Source: Paramecium tetraurelia (Eukaryota). From it: a stretch of DNA of 64,000 nt. The translations under genes were made by a program, and so were the position numbers. Location of the stretch: positions 310,001 through 374,000 of the forward strand of contig CT868130.1 in NCBI GenBank assembly GCA_000165425.1. Direction: 5' to 3'. The notes under the pieces are model-generated. The model made no database searches and had not been told where the DNA came from. It worked only from the letters and a program-made list of their open reading frames with translations. Shown here one piece after another: positions 54,863 to 64,000 of the stretch; position 1 is the first letter of the stretch; each line of letters opens with the position of its first letter.

Positions 54863-56802
54863 TTCAGTATTAAATATAAAATTATCAATCAATTATTATT
54901 TCAATATAATATAATATTTTAATTAAAATTTACACTAACATAGAAACATACTATATTATTTATCTATTAAAGTTACAAAATAATAAGGTTCAAGATTTGA
55001 TTTTATAAAAAGCAATATGTTGCTTTATAATTTAAACATAAATCACTAAGAGATAAAACGGTTGAAATTAAGTATAGTAATGGCTATATTGAATGCTAGT
55101 TCTGAATTGGAATTATGGTAAAATATGTTTAAAGATGTATAAATTTGTAAATATTAGTATTGTATTTTCAATATAGTTAAATTTGCATTCTAAGATTCTA
55201 TTAAGAAATCTGTTTTATAGATAGCTAAATGATATATAATTAAAACTTAATTAAGTAAAGGAACATAGGAGGGATTATGAACTTTTAGAAGAGTGTATAT
55301 TGAATAATTATTAATTTCCTCTAATTCATTAATTAGATTTTGATAGATATGTATACTCAGTGATTGCAAATTCAATAATACTATACCAATATCAAAGGCA
55401 TTACTTTAAAGAATAACAATAAAAGGTAGCAATTAGAATAATAGATTGATGACTTTTTTTGATTTATGATTATTATTCAAAGATTGAAGTTTGAGATTTG
55501 ACTTAGAATCATTCATATTGTACCACTTTCCCTTTACTTAAATTAGAAATGCAAACGATAACTAAGAAGCTGATTTTGAAATAAATTATCAATTATTATA
55601 AAACCTCGTTTTTCCCCTCATCATTCATCATGTAATTCACCCTTCAATTTAAATTCGAATTATACTTAATCCATTCCATTCCAATTTAACAGCTGTAACT
55701 TTAGTTACTACCTTTGAATCAAACTTTTAGCATAATAATACTTCTTTGAAATTTTAATATAAATGAATAGAAGAATGCTACAGGCAAGAACAATGTTATT
55801 ATTATAATTATTTCTAAACAAAGATGATGTCTTTTTCTGAAATTTATAATTCTAATAAACATAAATTCTCAGTACTTTGATAAACCAAGAAAATATTGTT
55901 TTATATTGAAAAAGAAGTTAGCCTCCATTTTATTTTATTTTTTAGATCAATTGATTTATAAGCTCAATTTGAAAAAATAGAGGTAGTTTTTGGAGTCCAA
56001 CTTTTAAAAAATCTTTTAATATTGTTATCAGAGAATTAACATTATGAGTATATATTGGTTGAAATATAAATTAAGCATTACTCAACAATTTCTAGTTTTT
56101 TCAGTCCAAATCACGTTCTTTTGGTGCTTAATCTAAGCAAAGTCAATTTTTATGCGATTTGCTTGATCTAAAACTGCAAAACGTTAATTATATAGTTAAG
56201 ATAAGAAAAATATTAAGAAGTTGGATCCTACCAAATAAAATGGCTTTAAGAGTCTTTTTTCTAAAGCTCCTTACTTTAACACTCTTTTTTTTCTGTTTTT
56301 AAGGTTAGAGAAGTATGTAGTATACATTCTATATAATTCAACATGTATCAATATATTTATAGAATTATTCCATGTGGATGTATTACTCTCTTCTATGATG
56401 AATTTACAATACACTATGTAATTATCTTCTGTAGAACACTAAATGTTGTGAATTTTAGGATAAGTAATAAAAATTGAAAAAAAAAAAAAACAATTGTTAT
56501 AGAAAACTCTAGAATTACAAAAAATGCAATGAGATGAGAATTGGTATTAAGGATGTAATCATTTATAAATTACTTAACTTTGATAAAGGATATTAGTATT
56601 TTCTGTAAAAGTTTTTCAAGACCTTTGAAAATAATTAAAAAAAAAATCATTTTTTGACAATTTAATTTGCATTTGAATAAAAATTTAAAAAGAACTGATA
56701 AAATGATTTTAATTTTTTTATTTTGAAAAAGTGATTTACCTGTAGCACTTTATAACCGATTTTATTAAAATTTAAGATATAATACTAAATTTAAAAATTA
56801 AA

Positions 56803-57612
56803 ATGAAGACATAATTATTGCTCTTAGCCATGATTTCTCTTTCAGTCAATGCCTTGACAGCTACAAATGAATGTGATTGCACAGAAATTGTTTAATCTGC
56901 TGATTGTAAGGGTGGATGTACTTGGTCATCAGCTGATTCTTCATGTTCAGCCAAAACAGTTGATTGCACTACATACACAACATAACCAACATGTGATGCA
57001 GTAAATACATGCGCATGGAACGACACAACCTCAAAATGCGCCACTTTCACAGCTTGTGCAGATTACACCGTTACAACCTCTGCTTAATGCTATGCCAAAG
57101 ACTCAACCTGTGTTCCAGGAACAACTGGTACAGATGGAAAAACACCATGCAAGACAGGATCAGTCACATGCTCAAGCTTTTCAAATGCAGCAGATTGTAA
57201 TTTTAAGTCACCAAGCAGTAATGCTGTTTGCTGGTTCAAAGCTAGTACTTGCTCATAAATTGATGTTTCAAAATGCTCCACAATTACAGATTAAGATGTC
57301 TGCACACTTTTATGTAAATGGACTTCAGCTGGTGCTTGTGCTGCAAATACTTGTGCTGATATGACCACTGCTGAAGCTTGTGACACAGTCTCAACAGACG
57401 ATTTCTCAGGTGTTAATATTTGTTCTTGGAATTCTTCTACCAGTAAATGTGGTGATGCTGCTGATGTAAGTGCCTTGACTTCAGCAAATTGCTTTGATAA
57501 AACAGCCGGTTATTATTATTGGGATGGAAGTGCTTGCTCAGAATGTTCAGGATCAAGCAGCAACGGATATATTTTGGCATTCATTGGATTCATCGCTATG
57601 CTTATGTTCTGA
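56803..57612 (+). CDS. Cys-rich GPI-type mini surface antigen, copy C (269 aa)
   Basis: Intact paralog, near-identical to B and D. Confidence 0.92.
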
Positions 57613-59668
57613 TTCAGTATTAAATATAAAATTATCAATCAATTATTTTTCAAAATTACATTCAATATATTATATTAACTTTTATCTTTTAAAATTGTTT
57701 TATCAATTCATGAAACTATTATATTAAAAACGTAATCCAAATTAAAAATTTTTTTTTAGCCAAGTGATTGTAAATATTATTTTTCTTTATCTAATCTAAA
57801 TCTGTCTGATGCAAAGGAAAAGAGATTGAATTGAAAACGATAGCCAATCTATCACTCAGCTTAAAATGTGAACATTTTAATGTATATATTACAAAATGGT
57901 CATAAGATGATTCAATTGGACATCTTTATTTTATACAAAAATATAATAAAACTTTAAACAAGTATATAATATTGTAGCATTAAATCACTAGGAGTTCAAC
58001 CGTTCAAAATATGTATAGTAATGGCTATTTGGAATATTATTTCAGAATTGGATGAAAAATTCCATATATTTCAGTAATTAAATTCTATCAAATATATATA
58101 ATGATTCTGCAATAAAATCTGTACAAAGTTATTGCAAGATAAATTATATTATACCAATATCCAGAGCATTTGCTTTAATAATTAGTATTATTGCCTAGTC
58201 AAATTTGAATTTCTAAGATTTAATTTACTTAGAAACTGGTATAAAGATTAAGCACATGAGAAAAAAAAGAAAATCTTATAGCAAATCCTATTTTTGCCTC
58301 ATCAATCAACTCCAAATTCAAAAATAAGATTCTTTCATTCCATTATAACAGTTATAATCTCAGTTACAGTTTTTGAAGCAGACCTTTTGCACAAAATATT
58401 AAAAGGTGTTGTTAATTAAATATTTAGAAATTTTGGATAATTTAACTTCTTAAATACTTTATTGGATTATAAGGAATCAGAGAATACCTATTTAATTAGT
58501 ATTTTTAATCATCTAACTTAGGATGAATAATGATATTAATATTCAATTTGTAGCCAATATAATTCAAGGAAGGATTATAATTTTAGCCATACTACTTTAA
58601 TAATCTTTCTTGGAAAGATTAAGTAGATAAATGTTGTATAATGTATTTATTATAATTATTATTATTATAAAAAAATGATAAGTTTTTTTTCAACATTTTA
58701 TAATTCAAATACATGTACATTCTCAGTTAATTTTATATACTTAGAAAATATTATTTTAAAGAGAAAAGGAATTTATCTATTATTTTTCTTTATATTTCTA
58801 ATCAATTCATTTATAAGCTCCATTTGAAAAATAGAGGAAATTTTTAAGTCCAACTTTTAAGAAATTCTTAAAAAATGTTGTTTGACAATTAACATTATCA
58901 GTATCAGTATGAGCTTGAAATATAAATTATATTCTAAAAAATTCATTATATTTTTCAATCGAACTTCTTTGGTACTAACTCTATGTAAAATCAATTTTTT
59001 TGAGATTTGCTCGATCTAAAACTGTAAAAAGGGAATTTTTTGGTTTAAACATGAAAAATTAAGAAAATCTTCGTTCATACCAAATAAAATGGCTTAAGAG
59101 TCTTTATATTTAGGCCCCTTTTTTACACTATGTTTTTCTGTTTTAATGTTAAAGAAGTATGTAGTAAGCATTCTATATAATTCTATAAATATCAATGTTT
59201 TTATAGAATAATTCCATGTATATTTATTACCCTCTTCCATGATGGATGAACAAGAGACCATGGTAATTATCATCTGTAGAATGCTAAATGTTGGGGATTT
59301 TATGACTAGCAATAAAAAATGAAAACAAAAAAACACATTTTTATATGATACTCAAGAATGACCATATGATAATCAAGATTAAAAAATGCTATGAAATGAG
59401 GAATTGGTAATAAGGATGTTATTATTTATAAATTTCAAACTTTCATTAGAAATGTTTGCATATTTTTTACAAAGTTAACCCAGCAGCTTTAAAAAATAAT
59501 AAAAAAAAAATCATTTTTTGACAATTTAATTTGCATTTGAATGAAAATTTAAAAAGAACTGATAAAATGATTTTAATTTTTTTATTTTGTAAAAGTGATT
59601 TACCTGTAGCACTTTATAACCCAAATTTATTGAAATTTAAGATATAATACTAAATTTAAAATATTAAA

Positions 59669-60478
59669 ATGAAGACATAATTATTGCTCATAGCCATGAT
59701 TTCTCTTTCAGTCAATGCCTTGACAGCTACAAATGAATGTGATTGCACAGAAATTGTTTAATCTGCTGATTGTAAGGGTGGATGTACTTGGTCATCAGCT
59801 GATTCTTCATGTTCAGCCAAAACAGTTGATTGCACTACATACACAACATAACCAACATGTGATGCAGTAGGCACATGCGCATGGAACGACACAACTTCAA
59901 AATGTGCCACTTTCACAGCTTGTGCAGATTACACCGTAACAACCTCTGACTAATGCTATGCTAAAGACTCAACCTGTGTTCCAGGAACAACTGGTACAGA
60001 TGGAAAAACACCATGCATGACAGGATCAGTCACATGCTCAAGCTTTTCAAATGCAGCAGATTGTAATTTTAAGTCACCAAGCAGTAATGCTGTTTGCTGG
60101 TTCAAATCTAGTACTTGCACGTAAATTGATGTTTCAAAATGCTCCACAATTACAGATTAAGATGTCTGCACACTTTTATGTAAATGGACTTCAGCTGGTG
60201 CTTGTGCTGCAAATACTTGTGCTGATATGACCACTGCTGAAGCTTGTGACACAGTCTCAACAGACGATTTCTCAGGTGTTAATATTTGTTCTTGGGATTC
60301 TGCTACCAGTAAATGTAGTGATGCTGCTGATGTAAGTGCATTGACATCATCAAATTGCTTTGATAAAACAGCCGGTTATTATTATTGGGATGGAAGTGCC
60401 TGCTCAGAATGCTCAGGATCAAGCAGCAATGGATATATTTTGGCATTCATTGGATTCATCGCTATGCTTATGTTCTGA
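59669..60478 (+). CDS. Cys-rich GPI-type mini surface antigen, copy D (269 aa)
   Basis: Intact paralog, near-identical to B and C. Confidence 0.92.
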
Positions 60479-61387
60479 TTCAGTATTAAATATAAAATTA
60501 TCAATCAATTATTATTTCAATTTTTTAATTACAATTAAACTAATATAGAAACATAATATATAATTTATCAATTAGAATGACAGTCTCATAAGGTTCAAAT
60601 ATTGATTTTATAATAACATTGTGCTGCTTTATATTGTAACTTGATAATTGGATTAGAGCATAATATGTTTAAGATGTATAAATTTGTAAATTGTAGTATT
60701 GTATTTTCAATATATTTAAATTTACATACTAAGATTTTCTAATTCTAATAAGAAATCTGTTTTATAGATAGATAAACTATATATAATTAAAACTTAATTA
60801 AATAAAGGGAAATTGAAGTAGATATTAATATTTCTATATCAATCAATTATAAATTTTCTATATAAAATAGAAAAAGATTCATTTTAATTGAACTCAAAAA
60901 ATTAAATTTTATTAATAATGATTCATTTACCAGAAATCTTACATACTTCATTCAAGATCCATTGTATAAATCTTCTAGTGAAATTGACTCTTAAGAAGGT
61001 TGCTTTTTTAAATTTAAATAATTTTTAATTATAGAATCAGAGCGAAAAGAAAAAGAAAATCATATTGTAAATCCTCATCATCTTAATCCACCCTTCGACT
61101 TCGAATTCAAAATATACTTAATCTATTCCAATTTAAATGCTTTAACTGCAGTTAATGTGTTTGCTTCAAAATTTTTGCACAAAATATTAACAAAAAAGTA
61201 AAATATAAAATGATAATCCAATATTAAATGAAGAAAAGCCATGTTAAATTATTTGAGATCTTAATAATAATATCTAATATCATTTTTTATATTTTATAAC
61301 TTGAAATTGATGCAAATGGACTTACTTTCAATCTATAAATTTTAAATAATAAAATCATCTCTTAATAAATTTTATATAATATAATAA

Positions 61388-63250
61388 TCATTTCTTTATA
61401 AATTTTAATACTCTCATTTTTCCACTTTCAAAACCTAATAACAATACTAACTATTAGTTTTAAAATTCTCTCTAGAATATTAATTTACCAGTTAATATTT
61501 AATCATCAAATTGAATGCCTGATAAGAGTATCTTATTATTTAAATCCTAAAATTTCACTTTTGTTTCATTGTTTTCCAAAGCAGCAAGCATAAATCCTTC
61601 TTCTTCCAAACCATATTAATAGAAAACATGGAAAATGCAATGACAAGTTTAAGAAAAACTGTAAACTAATTTATAATTGTTCTCGACAACATTATCATCA
61701 TAAGTATATACGTAAAACCCTCTATTAGTACTAACACATAAGGTATCTTATTCTTAAAAGTTGTGAAGAATTGTTGCTTATTCTATACAATCTCTTACAT
61801 TTTATAGTTATAAAGTCTACTTTTTGACTCCATCTATTAATCCAAAAACATCAATTTTATTTTTATTGCATCTAAATATATGCTGATTGGTTTCACTCAT
61901 CAATAAATCACCTTCATTTGGAAATGAATATTAATATCTTAAGACCTTCCTAATTTTAGCATCATTAAATTGCCAAATTATAACATAAAAACAATTTTAT
62001 TTACATCCTCCTGATGCAATTAGAAAGTTTTGACATGGACTAATTAGTATTCTATAGAGTGTCATACCTTATTTAGGACATATGAATTGTTTATTTTTAG
62101 AATTCATACTCTTACTTGAAATAGACATAATAGAATTATCACCAAACAGAACCACAAATTCATCTTTCTTATCTGCTACACACACATATTTTAAGTTTAG
62201 AAAAGGCAAAGGAGCAATTGGTTTAAATTCTAAATAACATTTGCTATATTTCCATAGTTTGATTTCATTAGGATGCACAGTAATCAAGTTTTCAGCATTT
62301 AAAGGTAAGATTTATAAGATCTTAGGAGTTTATGTTGGATCATCTTCATTTGTTGCTAAATCAACTTCGACCAAGACGATGTTATGAGTAGAAGAATTAG
62401 GTCGAATACTCATTTTACTGTGTGATAACATACGTTTTGAAAAACGCTTCAAAGCACCAGCCAGTTTATTCATATTTCTTTCCCAGAGACCACCTGTCAA
62501 TCTCAATGCCTTTATTTCCTCTTATTATTATGTTTATAAAGATTAATTCTGTTGTAGTTTTTATCTTTCTCTTTCATCTGCTAAAAAGAATTAATCCACA
62601 ATTTCACTAATCTACCTTTGTAATTCCTTTCTTTCTCTTTCTTCATTATATTATAGTGCCATTTATTAATCTACTTCATCTTTAACCAAAAATTCTTAAT
62701 GATGTTATTTAAATTAATCTAAATTCTGATGTCTCACTAGTTTAAGTAGTCTTATCATTTTATCAAATGCCTCCTTTCTCGAGGTGGAACTCAACTTAAT
62801 CTTAATTTTCTATTCAGTTGTGTCTTCAATAGATCTACACTCTTTTTCAACCTTTTTCAATTATTTGATTATGTATTTCATATATTTCATTCTCTTTTTC
62901 CTTTGTTCACTTTTCAATACTGAAATTTCATGAGTTGTAGTTTATTGTACTCCATGTCTACGCTTAATCTTTTCTCTTATGTGATTAATATACCAATCTA
63001 AACTATCAGTTTTATGATTTGGATGAACAAAGTGTGCACACTCCTGGCAGCATAACTTTTATAGAATTCTGCATTCATTTTCATGACACACTACATCTAA
63101 TTTGCATTCCCTATTATTTTCATGTGGAAATGGTCTTGGCCTTATGTAATTGATTGACTTTGTTTAGCCATCATTCTAATCCTCATCATCTTATTATAGT
63201 AATCCAGCATTTTAATTATTAATATAATCCTGTTCATAAGCTTTTCTCAT
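61388..63250 (-). CDS. Protein with N-terminal Cys/His zinc-finger-like motif, coiled coil and C-terminal WD40-like repeats
   Basis: VVCHENECRILQKLCCQECAHFVHPNH; coiled coil; ITVHPNEIKLWK; FLIASGGCKQNCFYVIIWQF; ends ..RVLKFIKK-TGA. The start codon is tentative. Confidence 0.65.
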
Positions 63251-63409
63251 TATTCTAATCTATTTATTTTAATTCTCAAATATGTTATTATGTACTTCCT
63301 AACAAATATTAACAAATTAATTTAATGATTTTTGTTTGTATTATAAAATGCTGTAAATAAAATATTTATATAAAACATAATTTCAATAGCAATCAGTGAT
63401 ATATATTTT

Positions 63410-64000
63410 TCATATCTTCTATTATTTTTTCAACTCCTCATCGCTATCAAGATCAATTATTTTATTTTTTTCAGTATACTGCAATAAGGATTCTATCAGA
63501 ACCTTAATTGAATATAATATTTCATTTTTATCTGTCTTCTCTACAGGTTTATTGGATTTCTCTTGGCATATACTCAGAATCATAAGTAAACTATTGCTAG
63601 TTTATTTTGACTCCTCAAATATTGTTTTTAAATCAACCAAATACTTTGAACGCTCCTAATATACTAATTCAAGCATTTTCTAAATTATCTCAGCTTCACA
63701 ATATGCTGTCTGGTTTAGGACTGATGTTCTACAGAAATTGTTTAATTAAGTGAAACTAGTTACACTATAAAGGTCAATAAGGGGTTTTTAAATGAACTAA
63801 AAATATTTCCTTAATAATGTATCAGAAGTATCAAATTTAAGGTTTCCATTTCTTAATTTTATCAAATTTATTATTTACGGAAATCCTGTTTTATCCTTTA
63901 TCATTTTGGCTATTACTTCCTTCAACACTATGACTATATTAACCTTATGATTTCTATTTTATTATCTTCTCTCAGTCATTTATTATGAAGTCTCTAATAA
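63410..64000 (-). CDS. Hypothetical protein, 5' end beyond the window
   Basis: Open ciliate-code frame ..FKKPLIDLYSVTSFTQLNNFCRTSVLNQTAYCEAEII.. ending ..DSDEELKKQQKI-TGA. Confidence 0.6.

Larger units (their letters stand above)
50680..61200 (+). repeat. Direct tandem array of four ~2.7-2.9 kb units (upstream block + antigen gene + downstream spacer)
   Basis: ATGs at 51394, 54053, 56803 and 59669 (spacing 2659, 2750, 2866). Homologous non-coding blocks recur, e.g. cattctatataattc upstream of all four genes and cctcatca..cacccttc at ~52977, ~55615 and ~61073. Confidence 0.9.

Noticed and set aside
51464..57364. Gln/Leu-rich alternative-frame ORFs overlapping the antigen genes
   Set aside because: They are off-frame by-products of the biased codon usage of the true Cys-rich frame.

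Overview
This is AT-rich ciliate DNA, most likely a Paramecium (aurelia-type) macronuclear scaffold. Genes read through TAA/TAG as Gln and stop only at TGA, introns are 20-28 nt GT..AG, and intergenic spaces are often under 100 bp. The supplied standard-code ORF track therefore fragments almost every gene, and the models below were re-translated by hand with the ciliate code. In order, the window holds: the 3' part of an axonemal dynein heavy chain, a mitochondrial ferredoxin-like gene, two trichocyst matrix protein genes (one frameshifted), a divergent mitochondrial carrier, a CDPK, a UAP56-type helicase, an EME1-like gene, ribosomal protein P2, a TPR protein, SPO11, Myb/SANT genes (one decayed), an AGC kinase, an assembly gap with an artefactual overlap, PP2A B56, Kelch and Kelch-BTB proteins, a carbonic-anhydrase-like protein lacking its Zn ligands, a His-less HPt protein with a CaaX end, a metaxin-like protein, an atypical CDK, mS33, a MORN protein, a cathepsin L-like protease, an acyl-CoA synthetase, a 4-copy tandem array of Cys-rich GPI-type mini surface antigens, and a WD40-like gene. 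The array has conserved upstream blocks and a mosaic (gene-conversion-like) variant pattern. All family calls come from recognised motifs, not database searches.
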